From Malacoraja senta (Eukaryota): DNA of 64,000 nt. The DNA is taken from positions 22,322,001 to 22,386,000 of the forward strand of contig CM075988.1 in the NCBI GenBank assembly GCA_038087875.1, written 5' to 3'. Made by a program: the position numbers and the translations under genes. The notes beneath the pieces were generated by a model. That model did no database searches and was not told where the DNA came from. It was given only the letters and a program-made list of their open reading frames with translations. This document shows, one piece after another, positions 23,554-36,167 of this stretch (the stretch's first letter is position 1; each line of letters opens with the position of its first letter).

Positions 23554-26007
23554 TGTAGATGAGATATGCATGTGCCTTTAATATAGTGACCTCATCACTA
23601 CTAACCACTCCCCATATCACAAGTATAATTACAACCCCCCCACCCACATATCGCTCTCTAGTTCCTGTGACAGACCACGTACAGCTAGTGCCTTCTGTAA
23701 TGCTCCAGTAAGAATAAAGGTAGTAAAGTAATGATGTGTCGTTAACACATCTTTACATGGTGTCAGAAGTGGGATGTGAAGGAGACAGGCAGCTGCAGGC
23801 CGTCATGGAGCTGAAGACAAGCGGCACCGAGCCCGAACTGAGAGGCGTCGCAGGTGAGGATAATGGGACGCTGCAGGTCAAAAAACTTGAGTGTAGGGGT
23901 ACTGATCAGCTTGGATTTAAGGATGTCGAAGGCTTTCTGGTGGTGGGGGAACCAAGCCCAGGACGTATCCTTCTTTATCAACTCCCTCAGGGGTGCGCTG
24001 ATCTCGCTGAGGTCGGGGATGAACTTCCCCAGGTAGTTTACCATGCCTAGGAAGCATTGCAGGCCGGCCACATCAGTAGGAGAAGACATCCCGGAAATGG
24101 CAGCCGTTTTTTGCGGGTCTGGTTTCAGGCCCGAGGCGGTGAATACATGTCCAACATAGGTGACCTCCGGGACGCGGAATCGGCACTTCTTGGGGTTCAG
24201 TTTCAAGTTGATTAACCTGGTCCGGTCTAGGACCTGGCAGAGGTTGAAGTCGTGTTCAGCGACATCCTTACCGTAAACGAGGATGTCGTCAACGATGATG
24301 GCGCACGGTAGACCGGTAAACAGCTGCTCCATAGTCCGTTGGAACACCTCGCTGGCAGAGTTGATTCCGAATGGCATCCGGAGGAACCGAAATCTGCCGA
24401 ATGGGGTGCCGAAAGTTGTCAAGATGGAGGACTGCTCGTCAAGTGGTATCTGCCAGAAGGAGCTCTTAGCATCGAGGACAGAAAAGACTGTTGCCGGACC
24501 AACCTGTGCAGCGATATTAACTTTGCCAGCACTACCAGCCGTCGGATGAACACTTCCCGCCCACCACCCCCGGGGTCGGTCACTGCTCCAGGGGGACGTG
24601 CCCCGGGGTCCAGCACTGCTCCCGGGGGACGTGCCCGGCAAAGGTGCTCCAATTGTAACTTTACCACTCATCAATACAATGTATGCCCTGCTTTGGGTAA
24701 GACTTGCAACAACTGCAAGAGACTGAATCACTTTGCTGCGGCCTGCCGTTCCCGTGGGAAGCCTTTTGCTGCTCCTAGGTGTATTTTAAACAACTTGGTA
24801 CAAGCTGATAACGAGCTCAGCTCCCAGTGCTATTTCGACGAACAGTCTGTGTCTGAATCCGACTCCTCCCAGGGGGAGACAAGCCTGTTTTCTGTGTTGG
24901 ACGCACCTGCTGTGATAACAGACCCTTCAGTTCGTGTAACTGTGAACAACTCGACCTTCACTGCTAAGATTGATACCGGGGCGGTTGCGAACGTTATGTC
25001 AACAACCCTCTTCAACAAGATAAGGACTAATGAGAAGGTTTTTTCTGACAGCTCAACTTTGCATGCCTACGGGGGAGGGGTGCTTACTCCTGTGGGAAAG
25101 GCAACTCTGAACTGCAAGATACTGGAGTCCTCTCGGCCCCTCACTTTCTATCTCCTCGATCGAAAATGCATTACCCTGTTGGGCATCCAAGCATGCCAGG
25201 ACTTGGGCCTGGTCTCCTTCCACCGTGACATCCACCAGTTGCAGGCCCTCATGGACCCGTTGGCTGAATACCCTGACCGCTTTGATGACGAGCTGGGCAA
25301 GCTGCCCTGCAACTACAAGATTGTAGTCGACCGCAATGTCGATCCAGTGGTCCATGCGCCACACCGTGTCTCCTTCGCCATGAAGGACAAAGTAGAATCG
25401 ACGCTGCACAGCATGGTAAAAATGAGCATCCTAAAGGCCGGCCATTGCTCTGCCCGTCACTCCTCGCATGCAGCGATCTATACCCTCTCAACCCTTTCCA
25501 TTCCACCCTACTCCGGCTAGTCCTCACTCGCCTGCCCGCGCGCTGCCCGCTTCTGATCCCGCATCTCCTCCTGTTTCTTTGCCACTATCTTCTCCGTCCC
25601 CTCCCGCTTTCCCCTTTTCGGTTCGTCTGTCCCCACCTGTGCCTCTTCTTCCTGCCGGAAGGGAGGATGGCGAGATGCGAACCCGGTCGGGACGTGTTGT
25701 CAAACCGCCTGTCCGCTACGGCGATTTTGTTTAACCGTCCTAGCGCATGAGACGTGGTCGCCCTGTCACTATTGTATTCGCCTTTCGTTTCCAAGGGGAA
25801 GGATGTAGATGAGATATGCATGTGCCTTTAATATAGTGACCTCATCACTACTAACCACTCCCCATATCACAAGTATAATTACAATCTCCCCACCCACATA
25901 TCGCTCTCTAGTTCCTGTGACAGACCACGTACAGCTAGTGCCTTCTGTAATGCTCCAGTAAGAATAAAGGTAGTAAAGTAACGATGTGTCGTTAACACAT
26001 CTTTACA
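23554..26007 (+). mobile_element. Ty3/Gypsy LTR retrotransposon, non-autonomous, internally inverted and deleted
   Basis: 204-bp TG...CA LTRs at 23554-23757 and 25804-26007; TSD GTGAG on both sides. PBS TGGTGTCAGAAGTGGGAT at 23758-23775; PPT AAGGGGAAGGA at 25793-25803. Gag CCHC knuckle and protease DTGA on +; RT (LDAKSSFWQI, MPFG, IVDD) on -. Confidence 0.95.
23758..23775 (+). promoter_or_regulatory. Primer-binding site, complementary to a tRNA 3' end (likely tRNA-Leu)
   Basis: TGG-initiated 18-mer directly after the 5' LTR. Confidence 0.8.
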
Positions 26008-26176
26008 GTGAGAGTAAGTGTTCGGCATGGACTAGAAGGGCCGAGATGGCCTGTTTCCGTGCTGTAATTGTTATATGGTTATATGGTTATATGTTCTCCA
26101 GAGAAGCTGCCTGACCTGCTGAGCTACTCCAGCGTGGTGTACTTTGGAGCTTTGGTGTTTAATTGGATTTGGGTAC

Positions 26177-26409
26177 CTTGCGTAGGATCTTCCCACAGGG
26201 TGGCCACCCAAAGCCTTGGGCCAGTCCGTTAAGGAACCAGAGCGCGGTAAAAGCAGTGACGGTGGAGCTCCAGGAGAAGACGATGTTGATCACCCCCACG
26301 AGGAAGAGGCCGGTGCAGAAGAGCAGTCGGGCACTGATCTGATCAGAGAGCACTCCACTGATAAACTTGCTGATGGCGTACGCCAGCGACTGACTACTGG
26401 TTATCAGAC
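26177..26409 (-). CDS. SLC37A4: SLC37A4 exon ([27 protein letters not shown]...[18 protein letters not shown])
   Basis: CAG acceptor, GTACC donor, 233 nt, phase 1 to 0. Contains the MFS motif GVLSD. Confidence 0.97.
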
Positions 26410-29400
26410 CTGAGGGAATAAATCACATCGAGATTAGTTTGCAGCCTTGAACCCCCTAGTTCATGTCCTATTCTCCAATCTTAAAGCACAGTTCCTACAG
26501 CTGAAATTGTGCCCATGTACAGAATAAACAGCCACAGCCAACTCCACCTCCCATTTTCTAGTTCAAAGGTTATAGGAGCAGAATTAGGCCATTCACCACC
26601 TATACACCACCATTTAATCATGCCTTCTATCTTTTCCTCTCAACTCCATTCTCCTCATAACCCAGGACACCCCTACTAATCTAGAATCTGTCAATCTCAA
26701 CCTTAAAATATCCATTGACTTGGCCTCCACAGCCATCTGTTGCAATGAATTTCACAGATTCACCACTCTCTGACTGAAGAAATTCCTCCTCATCTCCTTT
26801 CTGAAGGCAAGTCCGTTTATTCTGAGGCTACGGCCTCTGGTCCTAGACTCTCCCACTTTAAACACAGACCAGGTTTAAAAGTTCAATCATAAATGGTTTC
26901 CTTCCACTTTTAGCCTTTGAGTCACAGAGTCGTACAGTACAGAAATGGCCATTCAGCCCAACTGGCCCGTGCCTACCAAGATGCCTAATCTAAGCTAGTC
27001 CCATTTGCCCTTAGCTTGGTCCACATCCCTCCAAACCTTTCCCATCCTGCACTTGTCCAATTGTCTTTGAAATGTTGTTATAAAACCTGCCTCTATTACT
27101 CTCTCTGGTAGCTAATTCCATATATGTACCATTTTCTGTGTGAAAGGTTATGAGTTTCCACTAGTGGGAGAGTCTAGAACCAGAGGCCACAGCCTCAGAA
27201 TAAAAGGACGTACCTTTAGAAAGGAGATGAGGAGGAATTTCTTTAGTCAGAGGGTGATGAATCGATGGAATTCGTTGCCACAGATGGCTGTGGAGGCCAA
27301 GTCAATGGATATTTTTAAGGCAGAGATTGATAGAATCTTGATTAGTACGGGTGTCAGGGGTTATGGGGAGAAGGCAGGAGAATGGGGTTGAGAGGGAAAG
27401 ATAGATCAGCCATGATTGAATGACGGGGTAGACTTGATGGGCTGAATGGCCTGATTCAGCTCCTAGAACCTATAAATTTATGACCAGTGGTCAATAACTA
27501 GGAGATTAGTATTGCATCTCAGACTACTTCCCTCCCCACCCAACCTGCGATTATTGACATTGCTCCACCCACTGGCACCATGCTTCCTCAGAAACAGCTG
27601 AGCTGAGACTACAACAGAGTCCACATTAAATGATTCAGCGATGTTACAGGAAAAGTTGGTACAGACAAGTTTCAAAAGGCCACTTTACAGAGGAAACAAA
27701 TCTATGTTGTTCTTCACAGAGAACAAGGTGTAATTATACAGCGGAAGGCTGCACAGAATTGTCAGCTATTTGCACAAAACTGCTAACCACCCAAGTCCAT
27801 TTGTGCCCGACTTTGTTTTGATAACCAGATCAGCTCAAGAACAAACTTCCTCTACATTAATTTTGCAAAGTACAGCACAGGAGGCAGTCACTTGACTTGT
27901 CGAGGCGATGTAAATGTATTTGTGGGGGTAAGCCAAGACAATGCATTCTAGATACCAATACCTTGCTCGAGTCAAGAGCGTTTTATTGTCATATGTCCCA
28001 GATAGAACAATGACATTCTTACTTGCAATAGCACAACAGTATGTATGTACTCTGCCTCAGAGGGCGGTGGAGGCAGGTTCTCTGGACACTTTCAAGAGAG
28101 AGCTAGATAGGGCTCTTAAAAATAGCAGAGTCAGGGGATATGGGGAGAAGGCAGGAACGGGGTACTGATTGGGGATGATCAGCCATGATCACATTGAATG
28201 GCGGTGCTGGCTCGAAGGGCCTACTCCTGCACCTATTGTCTACTCTGCAACAACTCTCATGCCAAACACCTTGAACCCATGTCCTCTGCTTCTCAGTGTT
28301 TTTGTTTTAGATATACAGCATGAAAACAGGTTCATCGGCCCACCGAGTCTGCGCATGTCTGTCCCATGTCCCTTTGAACTTTTCCAATCCTTGTATCTGT
28401 CCAAACAGCTTTTGAATGTTTAGGAAGGAACTGCAGATGCTGGTTTAAATCGTAGACACAAAATGCTGGAGTAACTCAGTGGGACAGGCAGCATCTCTGG
28501 AGAGAAGGAATGAGAAGAAGAGTCTGAAGAAGGGTCTCGACCCGAAACGCTACACATTCCTTCTCTCCAGAGATCTTACCTGACCCTCTGAGTTACTCCA
28601 GCATCTTGCGTCCAGCTTTTGAATGTGGTTATTTTATGTGGCCCAGCTACTTCCACTGTCAGCTCATTCCATACACCCACCACCTTTATCTGTTCATCTC
28701 CAGACCTGTTCATTAAAGAGCATTCTCTTTCTTTTGAACAAAGCTGCACATCAGAGTCTGAAGAAGGCTTCCAACCCAAAACGTCACCCATCCTTTTTTC
28801 TCCAGAGATGCTGCCTGAGCCGCTGAGTTACTCCAGCACTTTGTGTGTCTATCTTCGGTATAAACCAGCACATGCAGTTCCTTCCTGCACATCAGAGCCT
28901 CCATAATTCCTCACCTCGTGTTGGGGCCCATCTCTCCAGCCGTTGCCAGCTGTTCCACAGCTGGATGATTGGACACAGTTGGGGAGTCCAGGACTAGAGG
29001 TCATAGCCTTCAGGATTGAGATGAGGAGGAATTTCTTAACTGAAAGGGTGGTGAATCTGTGGAATTCATTGCCGCAGATGGCTGTGAAGGTCAAGTCAAT
29101 GGATATTTTTAAGGCAGAGGTAGATAGATTCTTGATTAGTATGGGTGTTTGGGGTTACGGGGAGAAGGCAGGAGAATGGGGTTATGAGGGAAAGATAGAT
29201 CAGCCACAATTGAATGGCGGAGTAGACTTGATGTGCCAAATGGACTAATTCTGCTGCTATCAATAGGTGCAGGAGTAGGCCATTCGGCCCTTCGAGCCAG
29301 CACCGCCATTCAATGTGACCATGGCTGATCATCCCCAATCAGTACCCCGTTCATGCCTTCCCCCCATATGCCCTGACTCCGCTATCTTTAAGAGCCCTAT

Positions 29401-29658
29401 CCAGCTCTCTCTTGAAAGCATCCAGAGAACCAGCCTCCACCGCCCTCTGGGGCAGAGAATTCCACAGACTCACAACTCTCTGTGTGAAAAAGTGTTTCCT
29501 CGTCTCCCTTCTAAATGGCTTACCCCTTATTCTTAAACTGTGGCCCCTGGTTCTGGACTCCCCCACCAATGGGAATATGTTTCCTGCCTCTAGCGTGTCC
29601 AAACCCTTAATAATCTTATATGTTCACTTATCACTTAAGATCACTAGTGAAGACTTAC

Positions 29659-29800
29659 CCAAGTCATCTTTTTCCAAGGTCACCTCCTCCATGATCGATG
29701 GCATCACAAATGAGAAGGTTTTTCTGTTGAAGTAGTACAGGGTGTACCCCACAAACATGGCTGTGAAGATGCTGGCCCTGTAGTACCCGTAGCCAGCCAT
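29659..29800 (-). CDS. SLC37A4: SLC37A4 first coding exon ([47 protein letters not shown])
   Basis: ATG at 29800 directly after AG acceptors (exon start 29801 or 29807); GTAAG donor. Carries the YYFNRK motif. Confidence 0.97.
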
Positions 29801-30424
29801 TCTGCAACTGGAAGTGGAGAACCAAATGCAAGCCTTCCAATGACAGCGATGACGATATTTAACCAGCGACCAGTTGTTGTTCCAATAATTAGGTCAAAGC
29901 AGACAACTTAAAAGTTTGATGACTCATTGAGGTTTTCAGGAAAATACATTTACTTCAAGAGACAGAACAGTTGCGATTGAGATGAGACGGAAACACAAAT
30001 GCAAACTCCACTGTCCAATTCCACAGCGTCTCCCTCGTCTATTTTGCTGTGGGGTAGGATTTTGTAACGAGCTCTTGTTTGTCTCTCTGGCAAAACATTA
30101 ACTGCAAAGGTCCAAGAGAGTGATGGAATTCCTAGTCTGAAAGAAGAACAAAAATAATTTCAGTTGAGTGCGCGCAGAGGAGGTGAAAAAAAATAAGGAT
30201 TTATTAATGATTAGCCCAGATCAATAGAGGTAGCTCAGATGGTTCGAAAGTGCAGCAGGGCTGGGAGTTCATGAAGCAGCGCAGAAAGTGCAACTCCGTT
30301 ACTTACTCTAACTTGTTGAACTTTACCTAATCTGTCCCGATCTGATATATCAGCATAATGTCTTTATCCAGAAACAATGCATTGGACTGAGATCACATCA
30401 GGTTGAGATGAGGTTAACCACTTG

Positions 30425-30753
30425 AAGCCCTGTCCCACGGTTAGAGTTCATTCCACGAGTTCTCCTGAGTTTGCCCTGATTCGAATTCGGAGATTTACGG
30501 TAATGGCCACTCGTCGGTACTCGGGGCTCTCGTGGACATTTTTCATCATGTTGAAAAATCTACACGAGTCTTCCCGTGCTTACCTGCCATTAGCGAGTCT
30601 TCCCGAGTACCTGCCGTTAGCATTAAGAGCCGCTAAGAGACGTCCCTGAGCTCCGACGTACCCGCTACGTTCATTCTCCGCGCTTACCACGAGTTTGATT
30701 TTTTTAAAACTTGGGGAGCTCTTGGAATGAACTCGCACCGTGGGACAGGGCTA
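30425..30753. mobile_element. Palindromic MITE, same family as 33573-33902 in opposite orientation
   Basis: AAGCCCTGTCCCACGG...CCGTGGGACAGGGCTA; flanks TTG/TTA. Confidence 0.8.
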
Positions 30754-31407
30754 TTAGTTGGAGAATCAAGAACCAGAGGACATAGGTTTACGGTGAGAGG
30801 GGAAAGAGCCTGAGGGGTAACTTTTACACACAAAGGGTGATGGGTGTACGGAAAGAGCTGCTGGAGCAGGTAGTTGAGGCATGTAGTTATCGCAACATTT
30901 AAGAAACATTTTAGACAGGACAGGTTTAGAGGGATATGGGCTAAACGCAGGCAGGTGGGACTGGTGTTGATGGTACATCTTGGCCAGTGTGGGCAAGTTG
31001 GGCCGAATGGCCAGCTTCCACGCTGTCGGACTCTATGACTATGACGATCGAATTTTATTGACAAGCTTTACCAAACCATTCAAGCCCATTTGTTCAAGTG
31101 ATCGTGACTAGATTCCATGGAGACAGTTACAGAAGGACTTCAGGGAACCGTGAGAAATGTCCTGGCACGATACTGGCATTCAATGAGAACAGAGCTGATC
31201 TATAATCCACCTTCACATCCAAACAATGGCAGCTCAACAATTAAATCCAAACCTGCAACACAGCAATTGGGGATTTTAATTCTTGTAATTAAAAAAAAAT
31301 GAAATGTAACAAAGAAAGCTAGAGTCAATAAGTTGCGATCACCCAATTTGTTAAATGTCTTCACCAAGCTTGGCCTAATTGTAACTACCAGCCCAAAGAC
31401 TGGCTTT

Positions 31408-31627
31408 AGACACAAAATGCTGGAGTAACTCAGTGAGACAGGCAGCATCTCTGGAGAGAAGGAATGGGTGACGTTTCGGGTCGAGACCCTGCTGCAGTCT
31501 GAAGAAGGGTCTCGACCCGAAACGTCACCTACTCCTTCGCTCCAGAGATGTTGCCTGTCCCGCTGAGTTACTCCAGCATTTTGTGTCTATCTTTGGTGTA
31601 AACCAGCATCTGCAGTTCCTTCCTACA
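31408..31627. mobile_element. PLE-derived fold-back insertion with 14-bp TSD and intact hammerhead-like core
   Basis: CAAAGACTGGCTTT at 31394-31407 and 31628-31641; CTGAAGAAGGGTCTCGACCCGAAACGTCA at 31499-31527. Confidence 0.78.
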
Positions 31628-33572
31628 CAAAGACTGGCTTTGAGTTTTCTGAAAATATCATTCACATCTCATGAGATTAATTCATGCAAAAAAAAATAAA
31701 AAAATCTTCAGTTATTCAGTTTCACCCAGTCTTAAGGGCCACAACCCAAAACATCACCTGTCCATTCCCTCCCCAGATGCTGCCTGACCCACGAGTTTCC
31801 TCCAGTACTTAGATTCCAACATCTGCAGCTCCTGAATTCTCCAGTTTCGCATGGCTAATTCCTCTCCTCCAATTCAGATACGACAGACTGAATAGCCCTT
31901 TCCTGTGCTCTAACTTTTCTTCGATTCCATGAAATGTCTTAGAAGAGTCATAGAACTGTACAGCCCTTCGGCCCACATTGTCCATGCTGACCAAGTTGCC
32001 AAACCGGGCTGGTGCCATCATCCTGCATTTTGCCCACACCCTTCTAAAACCCTTCCTACCCATATATTTGTTGTATAGTCTTTTAAAACTTGTAAATGTA
32101 TCTACAAAAGTTGTAAATGTTCCTCTGGTGGTAGATCTTGTCCTGCAATGTGACCCTCTGTACTTCAAAGAACGTTACTAAGCCTGACACAACCTATATA
32201 AATAGGGCGACTTTTATGGTCAACGGAACGTCTTCGGTGATAGCCATGGGCGGGCCTGTCCAACCAAAGTAGCCAAAATGTGTAGGAAGGAACTGTAGAT
32301 GCTGGTTTACACCGAAGATTGGCACAAAGTTCTGGAGTAACTCAACGGGTCAGGCAGCATCTCTGGAGAAAAGGAATAGGTGACGTTTCGGGTCGAGACC
32401 CCTCTTCAGACTGAGTCAGGGTAGAGAGAAGCTAGAGGTATGAAAAGGTACAAAGAACAAATGAATGAAAGGTATGAAAAGAACAAATCAAAGCCCGCAC
32501 CGATGATCAAGGAACGATAGAGCCCACAATGGTCCATTGTTGGTTGTGAAACAGGTGATAATAAGTAGATGCAAACAGTGAAACTAGCAGGACGGCAGTG
32601 AAATTAGTAGGACAACTTGGTTGGGGGAGGGGCGGTGGGAGGGGGAATGCAATGGTTACTTAAAGTTAGAGGATTCATTGATCATACCATTGGGTTGCAA
32701 GAAGGGTCTTGACCCGAAACATCACCTATTCCTTCTATCCAGTGATGCTGTCTGACCCGCTGAGTTACTCCAGCATTGTGTGTCTATCAACAAGAGTAGC
32801 CAACAATTTTTGGAGGATAGGCACACGGAAAGAGGGAATAGGAAACTATGCAATGCATCAGCTAAAGGGGACTCCCACCAACTGGCCAAAAGGTCCTAGC
32901 ACTAGTCGAGATACAAAGTAGCCCACCACTCTCCCCACTCTGACCCTTCAGTCTGCACCATTATAATGAGATCCAGTGCAAACCTAAGGAACATAGCCTC
33001 ATTTTCCATCTGGACACCTCGCAGCGCCAGAGACCCGGGTTCGATCCTGACTACGGGTGCTGTCTGTACAGAGTTTGTATGTTTTCATTGTGACCGCATG
33101 GCTCTTCTCCGGGTGCTCTGGTTTCCACCCACATTCCTCACAGAGAGTGGCGAGTCTGTGGAATTCTCTGCCTCAGAGGGCGGCGGAGGCAGGTTCTCTG
33201 GATGCTTTCAAGAGAGAGCTAGATTGGGCTCTTAAAAATAGCGGAGTCAGGGGATATGGGGAGAAGGCAGGAACGGGGTACTGATTGGGGATGATCAGCC
33301 ATGATCACATTGAATGACGGTGCTGGCTCGAAGGGCCGAATGGCCTACTCCTGCACCTATTGTCTATTGTCTATTCCAAAGGTTTGACGGTTAATCAACT
33401 TCTGTAAATTGTCCCCAATGTGTAGGATAGTGCTAGTGCAAGTACAAGTATCACAGTACATAAATAAGCACTTAGATAATTCTGCTCTCAAAATGAGAGA
33501 TATCCACTGGGTATCTTGGTTACTTCAATGACCCCATGCATCTGATGATATAATGCAAGACAATCCATCTTA

Positions 33573-33902
33573 TAGCCCTGTCCCACGGTACGAGTTCATT
33601 CCAAGAGCTCTCCCGAGTTCTAAAACAATCAAACTCGTGGTAAGCACGGAGAATGAACGTAGCGGGTACGTCGGAGCTCGGGGACATCTCTTAGCGGCTC
33701 GTAACGCTAACGGCAGGTACTCGGGAAGACTCTCTAACGGCAGGTAAGCACGGGAAGACTCGTGAAGATTTTTCAACATGTTGAAAAATGTCCACGAGAG
33801 CCCCGAGTACCGATGAGCGGCCATGACCGTAAATCTCTGAGTTCAAATCAGGGCGAACTCGGGAGAGCTCTTGGAATGAACTCGTACCGTGGGACAGGGG
33901 TT
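33573..33902. mobile_element. Palindromic MITE
   Basis: TAGCCCTGTCCCACGGTACGAGTTCATTCCAAGAGCTCTCCCGAG and its inverted copy; flanks TTA/TGA. Confidence 0.82.
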
Positions 33903-35266
33903 TGAGCCATCTTTTCACAACAGGACGAGGTTATATAAAACATGGCTGCAAACTACGTAGAGATCACCTGTCACTGCGCACAGAATATCCAGACGTTTGG
34001 CAATTATACACCTGGGTGACACAGAGACATAGAACAAAGATCAAGCTGTAGTTGAGACCAACATATTTCATTTCATATCTTCCATTCATTTCTCCAAATT
34101 ACCATCTATATCTCTCATTCCCCTCTCCCCTGACTCCCAGTCTGAAGAAGGGCCTCGACCCGAAACATCACCTATTACTTCTCTCCAGAGATGCTGCCTG
34201 ACCCAGCTGTTTGGGTCTGCCTTTGGTTTAAACCAGTATCTGCAGTAACTCCCGATACATATCTCATTGGAAGAGAAAATGCCATGAGATATGAGTTACA
34301 ATCGAAACACAAATCTACAGTGGAACTAATTGTGGCAAAAGCAAAATAATTGCCTTTATGAATCACTGAAACTAATTGCATTTATGAAATCACACTTGAA
34401 ATCATACTATAAAATCTCAAGTGTAATTAAAAAATGTTTAATTAATCACTGATGTTACACGGATTAAATAGAACAAGATTCAACTGAAGAAAATTCACTT
34501 CTTATCTCACAGCCTGTCTTTTCATCTCTGGCCTTTCTCCAACCATTTGCCAATCAACCCATCCTCACCAGTATCTAATATCACAGAGTGTAGACATAAG
34601 GAAATGCAGAAGCTAGTTTGAAGAAGGCTGTGAAGAAGGTTCCCAACCTGAAACGTCATCTATCTATGTTAGACAAAAGTGCTGGAGAAACTCAGCGGGT
34701 GCAGCAGCATCTATGGAGCGAAGGAAATAGGCAACGTCCTATCAACATTTCGGGCCAAAATCCTTCTTCAGACTGATGTGGGGAGAAGAAAGGAAGAGGA
34801 GCAGAGGGCTGAGGGAGAGCTGAGAAGGAGAGGACTCAGGAAGGCAATTAATTGGCAATTAAATTTAATTGGCAATTAATTTTTTTTGACTCAGAGCCAA
34901 AATGCCAACCAATAACTCCAGCATTTGGAGGTGAGAAGAACCTAGGCTGTAGCCACTGTCTCCATTATCTCAGCAGTGTTCATTCCACGCCTGCCAATAA
35001 TTTTACGCATGCATACAAGTCTCATTGCCAAAGTTCCACGAACATCTATCTATGTTCTTCAGCTAAGTTACTCCAACACTGTGTGTCTTGTTTCCACCTT
35101 TCATTGGCCTGACTTTGTCCCGCCTTCCCCACCTCACTTTCAGCTTTCTTCCTTCTTCTACAATCAGTCTGAAGGAGGGACTCGACTCGAAACATCGCCT
35201 AGCCATGTCTTCCAAAGATGCGGCCTGATCCACAGAGTTCCTCCAGCATTTTGTGTCTATTTTTCA

Positions 35267-35450
35267 GCCTGTGAATGCGGAGCAGAACAACAGACAGCCA
35301 ACCATGTCATCTCTGGGTGCCCGCTCTACCACCCACCAAATGGAGCTCAGGGCCTGGCAGACATTGACGCAGAGACAACAACCTGGCTGCTCAACACCCG
35401 GCTTGAGATCTAACTATTCCTTTGGTTTATGTTTCATTCGCAAGAACAAC
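35267..35450 (+). mobile_element. 3' end of an Ingi/Vingi/I-type LINE (C-terminal zinc knuckle)
   Basis: CECGAEQQTANHVISGCPLYHPP...WLLNTRLEI*, then a short UTR ending CATTCGCAAGAACAAC. Confidence 0.55.
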
Positions 35451-35512
35451 AGCGAGCAGATTATTTCCCAACTGCAAGGCACAGGTCTGACAGAACCTGT
35501 TGGGATGGGTAA

Positions 35513-36167
35513 AGGCCCTGTCCCACTTACGTGTCCTTGGCACGCAGATTACGCGGCCTCGTCGTCGCGTTGAGGCGCACGGGCATCGTGTGGCCGTGCG
35601 GGGCCGGTCCCACTGAGAAGCGTGGAGGGATATGGAGTTGTGTGCGGTATCGCGCGGCGCTCCGAAATTTGTAACTGACAGCCAAAGTGGGACAGGCCCA
35701 AGACCCTGGCGCGACGCAACGTCTCACCTCCAACAGCAGCAGAAGCAGGCAAACAATCGCCAAGCTCGGCCTGGGGCTCACGGCCGTTGCGGTCCGGATC
35801 CGCCCCCACTTCTACTCCCAGAGCAGGGCCAAGAAAATTGAAGATAGACACAAAATGCTGGAGTAACTCAGCGGGACCGGCAGCATCTCTGGGGAGAAGG
35901 AATGGGTGACGTTTTGGGTCAAGACCCTTCTTTCAGACTGAAGAAGAGTCTCGACCGAAACATCACCCATTCCTTCTGTCCAGAAATGCTGCCGGTCCCG
36001 CTGAGTTACTCCAGCATTTTGTGTCCATCTTCAAATGACGTCACACGCTCCAGACGGCTGTGCGGGCGCATGAAGTCCTGCGCGACTTTCGCGGGACCGT
36101 CGCGCCTCAACGCGACCACGAGGTCGCGTAATTAGCATGCCAAGGACACGTAAGTGGGACAGGGGCT
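35513..36167. mobile_element. Palindromic MITE containing a PLE fold-back (about 35837-36035)
   Basis: AGGCCCTGTCCCACTTACGTGTCCTTGGCA / TGCCAAGGACACGTAAGTGGGACAGGGGCT; flanks TAA/TTA. Confidence 0.82.

Larger units (their letters stand above)
23161..26092 (+). mobile_element. CR1-like LINE 3' fragment interrupted by the LTR element
   Basis: MLPGFQHLSYRERLNKLRLYSLEHRRLRGDLIEVFK... at 23162-23548. The tail resumes at 26013 and ends in (TTATATGG)n. Confidence 0.8.

Noticed and set aside
23763..25520. Overlapping 322-aa and 393-aa ORFs as two genes
   Set aside because: Pieces of one rearranged gag-pol; each N-terminus is the antisense of the other piece.
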